64,000 nucleotides of DNA from the NCBI GenBank assembly GCA_047602405.1, contig JASGHJ010000001.1, positions 1,181,228 through 1,245,227 on the forward strand, given 5' to 3'. This document shows, piece after piece, positions 1 to 9,967 of this stretch (position 1 is its first letter; each line of letters starts with the position of its first letter). Source of the DNA: Anaeromyxobacteraceae bacterium. Its GTDB lineage: Bacteria; Myxococcota; Myxococcia; Myxococcales; Anaeromyxobacteraceae. The notes beneath the pieces are model-generated. The model was not told where the DNA came from. It was given only the letters and a program-made list of their open reading frames with translations, and did not search any database. A program made the translations under genes and the position numbers.

Positions 1-249
1 GCGCGCGCGAAGGTGGTCGACGCCCCGCCGCGGGGGCTGCCCGCGCTGCGCGCGCTCGCGGCGGCCCTGCCCGCGCCGGTCGTCGCGATCGGCGGCATCG
101 ACCTCTCGAACGTCGGCGAGATCGCCGGGGCGGGTGCCGCCTGCGCAGCGGTCATCTCCGCCGTGCTGGACGACCCCGACCCGCGCGCCGCCGCCGCGCG
201 CCTCGCCGCGGCGTTCGACGCGGCCCGCCCTGGAGCCAAGGCGCCATGA
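1..249 (+). CDS. thiE: Thiamine-phosphate synthase, C-terminal part (5' end outside window)
   Basis: PVVAIGGIDLSNVGEIAGAGAACAAVISAV matches the ThiE C-terminal motif; frame open from base 1; thiD two genes downstream. Confidence 0.85.
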   Translation, partial: ARAKVVDAPPRGLPALRALAAALPAPVVAIGGIDLSNVGEIAGAGAACAAVISAVLDDPDPRAAAARLAAAFDAARPGAKAP

Positions 250-953
250 CCCCTCGCCCCCGCATCGGCCTCACCCTCGACGCCGCGGAGCGCCGCTACG
301 AGCTCCCCCGCGCGTACGCCGACGCCATCCTCGCCGCCGGGGGCCTGCCCATCCTGCTCCCGCACGCGCCCGAGACGGCGGGCGCGTACCTCGCGCTCCT
401 CGACGGCCTCGTCGTCTCCGGCGGCGCGTTCGACGTGCCGCCCGACCTCTACGGCGAGGCCGCGCGCGCGGAGCTGGGCACCACGCGCCCGGAGCGCACC
501 GCCTTCGAGAAGGACCTCCTCGAGGCCGCGCTCGCCGCGAACCTGCCCGTGCTCGGCGTCTGCGGGGGCATGCAGCTCCTCAACGTGGTGCGCGGCGGGA
601 CCCTCTTCCAGGACCTGCCGGCGGACACCGGCATCCGCGGCCACGAGCAGCCGCCGCCGAAGGACGTGCCGTCGCACGAGGTGCAGGTGACGCCCGGCAC
701 CGTGCTCGCCGGCATCGTCGGCGCGGCGCCACTCCAGGTGAACTCGACGCACCACCAGGCCGTGCGGGAGCCGGGCGCAGGCGTGCTGGTCTCGGGCCGC
801 GCCGCCGACGGCGTGGTCGAGGCGATCGAGCTCCCCGACCTGCGCTTCGCGCTCGGCGTGCAGTGGCACCCCGAGGCGACGTCCCGCAACGACCCGCGCC
901 AGGCCGCGATCTACGGGGCGCTGGTGGCCGCCTCGCGGGAGCGAGGCCGGTGA
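246..953 (+). CDS. Gamma-glutamyl-gamma-aminobutyrate hydrolase family (PuuD-like, peptidase C26) glutamine amidotransferase
   Basis: SGGAFDV, nucleophile elbow LGVCGGMQ, VNSTHHQA, GVQWHPE; ATGA overlap with thiE. Confidence 0.9.
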   Translation: MTPRPRIGLTLDAAERRYELPRAYADAILAAGGLPILLPHAPETAGAYLALLDGLVVSGGAFDVPPDLYGEAARAELGTTRPERTAFEKDLLEAALAANLPVLGVCGGMQLLNVVRGGTLFQDLPADTGIRGHEQPPPKDVPSHEVQVTPGTVLAGIVGAAPLQVNSTHHQAVREPGAGVLVSGRAADGVVEAIELPDLRFALGVQWHPEATSRNDPRQAAIYGALVAASRERGR

Positions 954-1705
954 CGCGGCCCCGCGTCCTCGTCGTCGCCGGCCTCGACCCCACCGGCGGC
1001 GCCGGGCTCGTCGCGGACCTCGAGGCCCTCTCCGCCGTCGGGGCGACCGGCTGGGCCGTCGCCTCCGCGCTCACCGCGCAGGGCCCCGGCGCGCTCCGGC
1101 CCGGCCGCGCGCGCGGCATCCGGCCGACCACGCCCGACTTCCTCGAGGACCAGATCGACGCGCTCCTCGGCGGCGCCGAGCGCCCCGCCGCCGTGAAGAC
1201 CGGCATGCTCGGCACCGCCGCGCTCGTCGCCGCCCTCGCCGACCGCCTGCGCGCGCGCCCCTTCACCCGCGTGCCGCTCGTCGTGGATCCGGTCCTGCTC
1301 GCGACCTCCGGGCTGCCGCTCCTCGAGCGCGGCTCGGCCTCCTTCGCCGAGGTCCTCGCGCCGCTCCTCGCGCGCGCCCGCGTCGCGACGCCGAACCTGC
1401 CCGAGCTCGCGCTCCTCACCGGCCTCGACGTCTCGACCGAGGCCGCCGCCGTCCGCGCCGCGCGGCTGCTCCCGTCGAGGGCCGTCGTCGTGAAGGGCGG
1501 CCACGCCGAGGGCGAGCCCGCGGATCTGCTCGTCGAGGGCCGGAGGGTCAGCCGCCTCACCGGCCGCCGCAGGCCCGGCACGGCCCGCGGCACCGGCTGC
1601 CGGTTTGCGTCCGCGCTCGCCGGCCTGCTCGCGCGCGGCGAGCCGCTCGAGGTCGCCGCGCGCGGCGCGAAGAGGGTCGTGGAGCGGTACCTGGACGGTC
1701 GCTAA
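950..1705 (+). CDS. thiD: Hydroxymethylpyrimidine/phosphomethylpyrimidine kinase
   Basis: GTG at 950 overlaps upstream TGA; AGLDPTGGAG, VKTGML, DPV, TPNLPE, KGGH, GTGC motifs. Confidence 0.85.
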   Translation: MTRPRVLVVAGLDPTGGAGLVADLEALSAVGATGWAVASALTAQGPGALRPGRARGIRPTTPDFLEDQIDALLGGAERPAAVKTGMLGTAALVAALADRLRARPFTRVPLVVDPVLLATSGLPLLERGSASFAEVLAPLLARARVATPNLPELALLTGLDVSTEAAAVRAARLLPSRAVVVKGGHAEGEPADLLVEGRRVSRLTGRRRPGTARGTGCRFASALAGLLARGEPLEVAARGAKRVVERYLDGR

Positions 1706-2115
1706 GACGCCGTCGTCCCCGTCGCGACCTTCTTCCCCGCCTTCGTCCAGCCGTCGATGCCGGCCGGCATGATGAAGACCTTCGTGTACCCCGCCTTGAC
1801 GGCCGCACGGGCCGCCTGGTGGCAGGCGTGTCAACGCTCGTTCTTGCAGTAGAAGACGAGCCGCGTCGCCTTGTCGGCGGGGAGCTTCGAGGTCGGGTCG
1901 AGCTCGCTCCAGATCGCGCCGGGCACGTGCCCCTTCGCGTAGACCTCGGGGCCGTTCACGTCGAAGATCCTGGCGTCGGGCTTGCCGACGAGCGCCTCGA
2001 CCTCGTCCACCGAGAGGCTTCCGAACGGGTCGGACTCGGCCCGCGCGGCGCCGGCCACCGCGAGGAGGCCGGCGAGCGACAGCGTGAGGGTGATGCGTTG
2101 CATGAGGAGGTTCAT
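1702..2115 (-). CDS. Exported rhodanese-like protein with in-frame TGA (candidate selenocysteine at 1833-1831)
   Basis: Signal peptide; DVN..EVYAKGHVPGA; VFYCKNER-TGA-HACHQAARAAVKAGYTKVFIMPAGIDGWTKAG continues in frame to TAG at 1704-1702 and completes the rhodanese fold. Confidence 0.8.
1798..1816 (-). promoter_or_regulatory. Candidate bacterial SECIS hairpin
   Basis: GGCGGCC-CGUGC-GGCCGUC stem-loop starting 14 nt after the UGA; loop begins 21 nt downstream and has G in second position. Confidence 0.55.
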
Positions 2116-2206
2116 GCCGCAGACATAACCGCGGCCGGGCGCCGGCGCTCGCGCGGCCGGGCGCAGCCTCGAGAGGAGGTGGAGCGGCACCTCGCCGCCC
2201 CCACCC

Positions 2207-4297
2207 TCAGTGTTCGAGCTTCAGGACGCTCGCGCCCGCGGCGCCCTGCACGAGGACCCAGATGACCCCGTCGTCGGTCGCCGCGATCCCGCTCGGCGTC
2301 CCGAAGGTGCTCACCGGGTAGGTGTCGTTCTCGAAGGTCGCGGTGTCCATCCACCCGACGACGTTCGATCCCGAGTACCAGACGCGCCCCTTCGTGTCGC
2401 GGTTGATGCGGCCGACCACGAGGCCCCCCGGCGTGCCGAGCGCGTCGCGGTCGGTGAGCGTCCCGGTGGGCGTGATCACCCCGAGCTTCCCGTCGTTGAA
2501 CCAGACGTTCCCGTCCGAGCCGGTGACGAGCCAGAGCGGGTTCGAGAACGTGAGCGCCGTGTCGGTGGCGGGCGGCGGCGGCGACGGTTCCGGCAGCTCG
2601 GTGAAGACGCCCGCGGGCGTCGTGCGACGGAGCTTCCGGCGGTTGTACTCGGCCGACCAGAGGTTCCCGTCGGCGCCGAGCGTGATGCCGAAGAGGAGCG
2701 GGAAGGAGCCGGTAACCGGGAACGACTGCTGCGCCGCGACGTTCGCCGTGTCCACGCTGCCCACGTGGTTCTGGCCGCCCGCCGGGCAGTGATCCTCGTT
2801 GAACCAGACCGTGGTCCCGGGTCCGTGGGTGATGCCGAAGGTCGTGCAACCGCTCGCGAGCGGCACCATGGTCACCGCGCCCGCCGGCGTGACGTACCCG
2901 ACCCGCGCCAGCGCCCAGTCGGAGAACCACAGGTTGCCGTCGGCGCCGGCCGCGATGTCCACCGGGTCGCCGGTGACGGCGTTGCCGTTCACGCTCCCGT
3001 CCGGCACCGAGAACTCGGTGACCACGCCCGCCGGCGTGACCCGCCCCACCTTCCCGCGTGCTCGCTCGGTGAACCAGAGGTTCCCGTCGGGCCCGAGGGC
3101 CATGCCGCCCTGCCCGCCGCCGGTGGGCACTGCGTAGGCGGTGAAGTGGTAGCTCCCGATCCGATTGGCGGCGAGGGTCGGGCTCGTGCCGCCCGGCGTG
3201 GTCACCTGGACGTCCACCACGCCGGGCGGGACCGCGGGGGCCTTCACGGTAAGGGTGGTCCTGCCGAGCACGCTCTGCACGACGCCGGCGACGCCGCCGA
3301 AGGTGACCGTCGCGCCGGGCACGAAGTCGGTCCCGGTCACCGTCACGTTCACGCCGGCGACCGTGAGGTCGGCCTTCTTCGGGGAGACGGCCGCGACCGA
3401 CGGCACCGGCGGCACGAAGGCCACCGACACCTGCGGGTTCCCGCCCCCCGCGACCGTCGCGGGCGACCCGTTGACCTGCGGTGTGAACGCGACCGGGAAG
3501 GTCCCGCTCGCCGAGGTGAAGGCGGTGGCGTCCACGGTGTAGGTGCCGGGCGCGAGGCCGGAGAAGGTCTGGGGCGAGGTGGTGAGGGTCGCCGCGTAGC
3601 CGCCGGGCCCGCTGACGGTCACGTGGGCCCGGCTCTCCACGAGGTTGATCCCGCCCGTGACGTTGACGGTGAGCTGCCCGTTCGCGACCACCTCCGCATA
3701 CGCGGCCGTGGCCGCGGCGGTGGACCCCGCGGTCACGTTCGCGGGGGAGCCGCCGATCACGGCGGCGTACGTCTTGCCCGCGCTCGGGACCGTGGCGGCG
3801 GCGACGGCGTAGCTCCCCGGCGCGAGCCCGGTGAGCGTCGTGGTGGCGGTGAGGTGCTGCGAGAAGTCGGCGGGTCCGGTCACCGTGACGTCGCCGGCCG
3901 CGCCGGCGGGGAGCCCACTCACGGTGACGGTCAGCCTCCCGGTCGTGGCCGCGTAGGCGACGGTGACGGCCGCGGTCCCGCCGTCGGTGACCGCCGCGGG
4001 CGAGCCCGTGATCAGCGCGGCGTAGGAAAAGCCCGCGCTCGCGACGTCGCCCGCGGCGACGGTGTAGCTGCCGGGCGCGAGGCCGGTGAGCGTCTCGCTC
4101 GAGCCGATCGTGCGCGAGAACGCGGAAGGACCGCTCACCGACACGTCCGCGGCGGCCCCGCCGGGCAAGCCGGCCACGGCGACCGCGAGCGAGCCGGTGG
4201 GAGCGGCGCCGCCGTCCCCCGCGCCACCGCCCGAGCAGGCGGTGAGGAAGGCAGCCAGCGCCAGCGTGGCGCCGGCTGCGAAGGAGCGACCGGTCAT
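2207..4297 (-). CDS. Lipoprotein with Ig-like repeats, IPT/TIG domain and virginiamycin B lyase (Vgb)-like beta-propeller
   Basis: Lipobox FLTAC; repeated LAVAVAGLPGG..VTVSGP modules; GTDFVPGATVTFGG; repeated GPDGNLWF motifs. Confidence 0.75.
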   Translation of the reverse strand: MTGRSFAAGATLALAAFLTACSGGGAGDGGAAPTGSLAVAVAGLPGGAAADVSVSGPSAFSRTIGSSETLTGLAPGSYTVAAGDVASAGFSYAALITGSPAAVTDGGTAAVTVAYAATTGRLTVTVSGLPAGAAGDVTVTGPADFSQHLTATTTLTGLAPGSYAVAAATVPSAGKTYAAVIGGSPANVTAGSTAAATAAYAEVVANGQLTVNVTGGINLVESRAHVTVSGPGGYAATLTTSPQTFSGLAPGTYTVDATAFTSASGTFPVAFTPQVNGSPATVAGGGNPQVSVAFVPPVPSVAAVSPKKADLTVAGVNVTVTGTDFVPGATVTFGGVAGVVQSVLGRTTLTVKAPAVPPGVVDVQVTTPGGTSPTLAANRIGSYHFTAYAVPTGGGQGGMALGPDGNLWFTERARGKVGRVTPAGVVTEFSVPDGSVNGNAVTGDPVDIAAGADGNLWFSDWALARVGYVTPAGAVTMVPLASGCTTFGITHGPGTTVWFNEDHCPAGGQNHVGSVDTANVAAQQSFPVTGSFPLLFGITLGADGNLWSAEYNRRKLRRTTPAGVFTELPEPSPPPPATDTALTFSNPLWLVTGSDGNVWFNDGKLGVITPTGTLTDRDALGTPGGLVVGRINRDTKGRVWYSGSNVVGWMDTATFENDTYPVSTFGTPSGIAATDDGVIWVLVQGAAGASVLKLEH

Positions 4298-4416
4298 GGG
4301 CTCACCTCACAGGGGATGAGCCTCTCTAAGCCGCTCGCGCCGCGAGGGCCGAGCCCGTGGCCCTCCCGACCCCACAGGGGCGGGGGCGTCGCGACCGTGA
4401 GCCGCGGCCCTCCGCG

Positions 4417-7400
4417 TCACGGCCCCAGCCGGTACCGCACCGTGAGCTCCACGTAGTCGGTGGCCACCTCGCCCATGCCCGTCGCGCGGCCGCTCACGGC
4501 CGCGGGCACGAGCGCGAGGTGGAACAGCCGCTGGTCGCCCACCATGAACCGCTGCCGCTCGGCGACCGGGGTGGACCCGAGCGACGCGTCGCCCGAGAGC
4601 GTCCAGCGCAGGGTCTCGGTGGCGGACGGCGACGCGGTCGCGGAGGACGCGAGCGTGCGCCAGGCGCGGTTGTCCCAGAGCTGCAGCGAGGCGCCCGGCG
4701 TGGTCGTGCCGTTCGGCGCGCCGGTGCCGCCGCCCACCCAGGTCACGTCGAGGTCGAGCACGTCGTGGGCGCGCGTCACCTGCGCAGCGTCGAAGCTGAA
4801 CGAGGCCAGCTGCCCGGGCTTCTCGTCGCCGCCCCCGTGCCACCACCAGCCGGCGAGCGAGCCCGAGGGGCCCGGGTTGATGACGCCGAAGCCGAGCCGC
4901 CGGAGCGTGTCGAAGGCGACGCCGTCGACCTGCGAGGGGACGGGCTGGCCGTCGCCATACAGATTGACCGGGAACACCCGGGTCCACGCGGCGCCGTTCC
5001 ACTCCCAGAAGTCGTGGCAGTTCACGCCGCCGTAGTCGTCGACGCAGTTGATGTTCGACACCACGGCCGCCGGCGCCCCGCCGAACAGGAGCGCGCGGTT
5101 GCGCGCGGTGTCGAAGAACATCCCCGCCCGCGTGCGCGCGGAGGGCTGCGTCGCGCTCGCCGTCCCGCCCGCGGAGAGGCGGGTCCAGGTGGTCCCGTTG
5201 AAGGACCACAGGTCGTTGAAATCGCCGCTGCCGTTGCCCCCGAAGACCAGCACCGGCGCGCCGGTGAGCCCCGTTGCGCGGGTCATGGCCGGGCCGAACC
5301 GCGCCGACGGGCCGGACGCCGGGCACGTCGCGCTCCCGGTCCAGCTGCCCGAGGTGATCTCCCAGACGTCGCAGAACTCGGTGCCGCTGCCGTTCGATTC
5401 CGCCGAAGAGCAGCGCCCCACCCGGTGACGCGCGCGTCGAGGCGGCCATCCCGAGCCAGTAGCGCGCGGCCGGGGCGGTGCCGCCGACGAGGGTCCAGTT
5501 CGAGCCATTCCAGGTGTAGCCCGTGCCGACCGGGCCGCCGGCGCTGGTGCCGCCGAACATCGCGACGACGTTCGACCCCGGGATGTACGTCGCCGCGTAC
5601 TCGGAGCGGGCGCCGGGGATCGTGATCGGCGCGGCCTTCGTCCAGCGCGCGCCGTCCCAGAGCCAGGTGTCGGTGGTCGAGCCCGGGCCGAAGACCACCA
5701 CCCGGTCGCGCGCGGCGTCGTAGGCCGGCGCGACGCCGCTCCCGGCCGGCGGGGCCGCCGTCGGCTCCGGGACCGCCGTCCAGGTGGTGCCGTCCCACTC
5801 CCACTCGGTGTCGCAGAACGGGCCCACGTGGCAGTCGCCCGAGACGCTGAAGGGCACCGCGCCGCCGAAGAGGACCGTCCTCGCCCGCTCCGGATCATAG
5901 TAGACCGACGGGCTCGAGCGCCCCATCGGGCGCGTGGCGGCGCAGGGGTTCGCGGTGCAGCCCTGCGTCCAGGTGGTGCCGTCCCACTCGAAGACGGTGT
6001 CGAGGGTGCCCGCGTTCTGCCCGCCGAAGAGGACGAGGCGCGAGCGGGCCGGGTCGTACGCCGCGCCGGCCTCCTCGCGCTGCGCCGCCGTCGCGCAGGC
6101 GCCCGTGGAGCAGCGCTGCGTCCAGGCCGCGCCGTCCCACGTCCAGGTCGCCGCGTCGTAGGCCGGGACCGCGCCGGTGTTGCCGCCGACGAGCACCACG
6201 ACCTTCCGGGCGGCGTCCCACACGAGCGTGTGGCCGCTGCGGCCGGCGGGCTTCGCGGCCGTCGAGCAGGGCGCCGTCGCGCAGAGCTTCTTCCAGGAGT
6301 GGAAGTCCGTCTCCCAGAGGTCGGCGAGCTTGGTCGTGCCGGACGTGCCGCCGAACAGCAGGAGGCGCTGGCGCGCCTCGTCGTAGGCGATCGCCTGGCC
6401 GGTTCGGGCGGGCGGGTTCCCGTCGCCCTCGGGGTCGGTCATGACGAGCTTGCGCCAGGAGACACCGTCCCACTCCCACAGGTCGGTGCCGTCCGAGAGC
6501 ACCGAGGCGCCTCGGCCGCCCGCGAAGACGAGCGGCAGGTCGGACCCGAGCACCGGGTTGCCGTCGCCCTCCGGATCGGCGGGCACGGGCTTCACCCACG
6601 AGGAGCCGCGGCACGACTCCCACTGGCTGCAGTAGAAGCCGGAGTCGCAGCCGTCCCAGCCCGCGCCGCTGTACGCCACGCGGCAGCCGCGCACCGGGTC
6701 GTGGATCATCCCGGTGCCGCCGCGCGCGCTGAGGGTCTCGAGCTTCCGGGCCGGGATCCAGTACGGCGCGCCGCGCACCGACGCGCCGGCGCCGTCCTTG
6801 CGCGACACCTGGGCCGGCGTCGCGAGCGGCTTCCCGCCGAACTGCCAGAGCGTCGGGGTCCAGGCCTCGCGCCCCTCGAACGCGTGCGGGTTCGGGAAGA
6901 CGCGGCCCGGGACCTTGCCCTGGAGCGTCGCGGTCCAGGCGACGTCGCGCACGAGCGCGGCCTGCTCGCCGTTCGCGGCGCTCGCGTCGGCGTCGCTCAC
7001 GTTGCCGGCGGCGTCCACCGCGGCGACGTAGAGGTCCGGCGCGTCCCCCATGAAGAGTGGAAGGGCGCCGGGTCGCCGACGTCGCCGCCGAAGCTGCCGT
7101 CCGCGGCCGCGGTGGTCCGGCCGATTCCGCGGCCGACGAGCGCGCCCTGCGCGGAGACCACGAGCGGCGCCGAGTAGGCGATGACCGTCGCGTTCGCGGG
7201 GACCGAGCCCGCCGCACCCTTCAGGAAGAACGCCTGCGCGCCGCCGGTCGCCTCGCTGCCCCACGGCACGCGGTGGAACAGGACCGCGTTCGCGGTGCCG
7301 ACCGCGGGCGTGGCGGGCGTCTTCGTCGAGATCGCGACCGTGCCGAGCGACGCGTCGGCGAGGTTGCCGGCGAGGTCGGTGAGGTGCACCGAGAGCGGGG

Positions 7401-8178
7401 CGGCCCCGTCGGGCAGGCCCGCGGCGAGCGTCGCCTCGTAGACGAAGGAGAGGCCGTTGCCGGAGACCTGCGCGAAGGTCACGGCGGCGCCGCCCGAGCC
7501 GAGCGTGACGACCGGCGCGCCCGCGCCGCTCGCCACCACGAACTCGGTCGTGGCGAAGCCGATCCGCACGCCGGTGCCGACGGTGGCGGCGGTCACGTCG
7601 CGCACCGGGCTCGTCGCGGGCGGGGTGAGCGTGACGGAGACGACCGGCTTGTTCGTGGCGTCCTCCAGGATCCCGGGCGGCGTGAAGTCGAAGACCACCG
7701 CGTTGTTGGTGCTCGCCGGGGCGAGGTTGCCGGTCACGTCGGAGAGCGTCGCCACGAAGTCGGCCACGCCCTCGGGGTCGGTCGCCGGCCTCGGGACGTA
7801 GCTCGCCTCGTAGGCGTGGGTGGCGGCGTCCTTCTCGGCGATCGCGAGGGCGAGCGTCTCGCCCGACGCGCCGAAGACGAGCGTCGCGGCCGAGTCGCCG
7901 CCGAGCGCCTCGGTGGTCGTGAAGGCCACCGTGACCTGCGCGGTCGTCGCGCCCACCCGGCCCGGCGTGACGACCGGCGAGCCCACCAGCCCGGGCGCGG
8001 TGACGTCGCCGCCCGCGCGGAAGCAGCGGCCCTGGTTCTGGCGGCACACGTAGCCGTCGGGACAGTCGGCGTCGGACGCGCACGACACCCGCGCGCCGTC
8101 GGGGAGCTTCAGGTCGGCGCTGCAGGCGGCGAGGAGGCCGGCCGCGAGCGCGGCGGCGAGCAGGGCGTTGCGGTGCAT
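4417..8178 (-). CDS. Large kelch-repeat lipoprotein of about 1250 aa, split by two single-base frameshifts (about 7059 and 5398)
   Basis: MHRNALLAAALAAGLLAAC lipobox; Cys-rich segment; Ig-like stalk; many YD.AR.R.VLFGG...DTWEWDG repeats; reading continues across three ORF-track frames. Confidence 0.75.
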
Positions 8179-8270
8179 GCGGCGATGGTCCCCTGGAGTC
8201 GGAGGACGCACAACCTCCGGCGAGGGACGCACCGGGTCGTACGCCCCGTCGGGGGCTGCAGCACGGACCG

Positions 8271-9686
8271 CTACCCGTCGCGCCGCTTCTCCATCTCCGC
8301 GAAGTACGTCGTCGTCTTCATGAAGACGAGCGGGATGGTGCCGACCGGGCCCTGGCGCTGCTTCGCGACGATGAGCTGGACCTCCTGGGTCTCGCTCTGC
8401 TGCTGGGGCTGGCCGTCCTTCGACTCCTCCTCCTGGCGGTGGAGGAACATGACGACGTCGGCGTCCTGCTCGATGGCGCCCGACTCGCGGAGGTCGGAGA
8501 GCATCGGCGGCTCGCCCTTGCGCTTCTCGACGCCTCGGTTGAGCTGCGAGAGCGCGATGATCGGGCACTCGAGCTCCTTCGCGAGCCCCTTCAGGGAGCG
8601 CGAGATGGTCGCGATCTCCTGCTCGCGCGACTGGTTCTGCCGGTCGGAGGGCGCGTGCATGAGCTGGAGGTAGTCGATGCAGACGAGGTCGAGGCCGCCG
8701 TTCTCGCGCTTGAGCTTGCGGCACTTCGAGCGGAGCTCGACCGGGGTGAGCACGAAGTTGTCGTCGAGCCACATGCTCGCCCCGCCGACCTTGTCGGCGT
8801 GGGTCGCGATCTTCTGCCAGTCGTAGGTCGAGAGCTGGCCGGCCGAGAGCCGCCGCCAGTCGAGCTTCGCCTCGGACGCGAGCATGCGGAGCGCGAGCTG
8901 GTCGGACGGCATCTCCAGCGAGAAGAACGCGACCTTCTTCCCGTGCTTCGTGGCCGCGTGGGTCGCGATGTTGAGCGCGAAGGCGGTCTTGCCGACCGAG
9001 GGGCGGGCGGCGAGCACGATGAGCGCGCCGGGCTGCAGCCCGAGCGTGTTCTTGTCGAGCGTCGGGATGCCGGTCGGGACGCCGGTGATCGGCGAGAGGC
9101 CCGACTGCACCCGCTTCTGGACGGCCTCGAGGTTCTCGAGGGCCTTCATCACCGGCTCGGAGATCTTCCGCAGCGTCTCGGACGAGCTGCCCTGGCCGGC
9201 GCTGAAGACCTCCTGCTGGGACGAGTCCAGGTAGTGCTGGACGTTGGTGCCCGACTCGTAGCCCCGCTCCACCACCTGCTGGGCGGTGAGCATCATCTTG
9301 CGGAGCTGCGAGAGCTCGCGCACCGTCCGGGCGTAGTGGCGGATGTTGGCGGTCGTGCCGATGGCGCGGGCGAGCGAGAGCGGCAGCTCGCGCGGGACCG
9401 CCCCGCCGAGGAGCCCCTTCGCGTCGAGCCGCTGCTGCACCAGGATCGGATCGATCGCCTTCGACTCCTTGGCGAGCTCCTCGCACACCGAGTAAACGTG
9501 CTGGTGCGCCATCAGGTAGAAGTCGCCCGAGCGCAGCTCGGCCGCCACCTGGTCGAACGCGGTCTCCTCGGTCAGGATCGCGCCGAGCACGGCCTGCTCG
9601 GCGTCGACGCTGTGGGGGAGATCCCGGCCGGTCCGGAGGGAAACGGGCGCTTCTGGCGCGCGGCGGGCGGGGTCCTGATCGGCCAT
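8271..9686 (-). CDS. dnaB: Replicative DNA helicase
   Basis: PHSVDAEQAVLG, Walker A AARPSVGKT, FSLEM, IDYLQL, SQLNR, SDLRESGAIEQDAD, KQRQGP; no intein. Confidence 0.97.
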   Translation of the reverse strand: MADQDPARRAPEAPVSLRTGRDLPHSVDAEQAVLGAILTEETAFDQVAAELRSGDFYLMAHQHVYSVCEELAKESKAIDPILVQQRLDAKGLLGGAVPRELPLSLARAIGTTANIRHYARTVRELSQLRKMMLTAQQVVERGYESGTNVQHYLDSSQQEVFSAGQGSSSETLRKISEPVMKALENLEAVQKRVQSGLSPITGVPTGIPTLDKNTLGLQPGALIVLAARPSVGKTAFALNIATHAATKHGKKVAFFSLEMPSDQLALRMLASEAKLDWRRLSAGQLSTYDWQKIATHADKVGGASMWLDDNFVLTPVELRSKCRKLKRENGGLDLVCIDYLQLMHAPSDRQNQSREQEIATISRSLKGLAKELECPIIALSQLNRGVEKRKGEPPMLSDLRESGAIEQDADVVMFLHRQEEESKDGQPQQQSETQEVQLIVAKQRQGPVGTIPLVFMKTTTYFAEMEKRRDG

Positions 9687-9726
9687 CGGAGCGCGGCAGA
9701 CTAGCAGCCGGATCCGACGGGGACAC

Positions 9727-9879
9727 CGTGGATGTGCCGTGGACAAGCCGGGGAAAAGCTGGGGAAAACGCGGGGGATTACCGGGTGGATGGGCCGTGGA
9801 GCGGACGTGGAAAGCCTGTGGACGGTTCGGCGGGGCTCACCCGCCGGTGTGAGGGGGTTCTTGCGGTTCGGGTGGAGAA
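9727..9879 (+). promoter_or_regulatory. Array of DnaA-box-like 9-mers phased at 11 bp
   Basis: Starts at 9727, 9738, 9749, 9760, 9771 and 9784, 9795, 9806, 9817, plus 9871; cores GTGGA/GGGGA; CGTGGACAA is one mismatch from TGTGGACAA. Confidence 0.55.
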
Positions 9880-9967
9880 CCCACCGGGAAACGGGCGAAA
9901 CTTGCCCGGCCCGGACGGCTCGCGTGCCCATCACGTCGAAGCCACTTCGAGCCTCCGGAGCCCGCGC

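Noticed and set aside
9700-9960. Region as the chromosomal oriC
   Set aside because: No dnaA/dnaN nearby and no AT-rich unwinding element; kept only as a DnaA-box-like array
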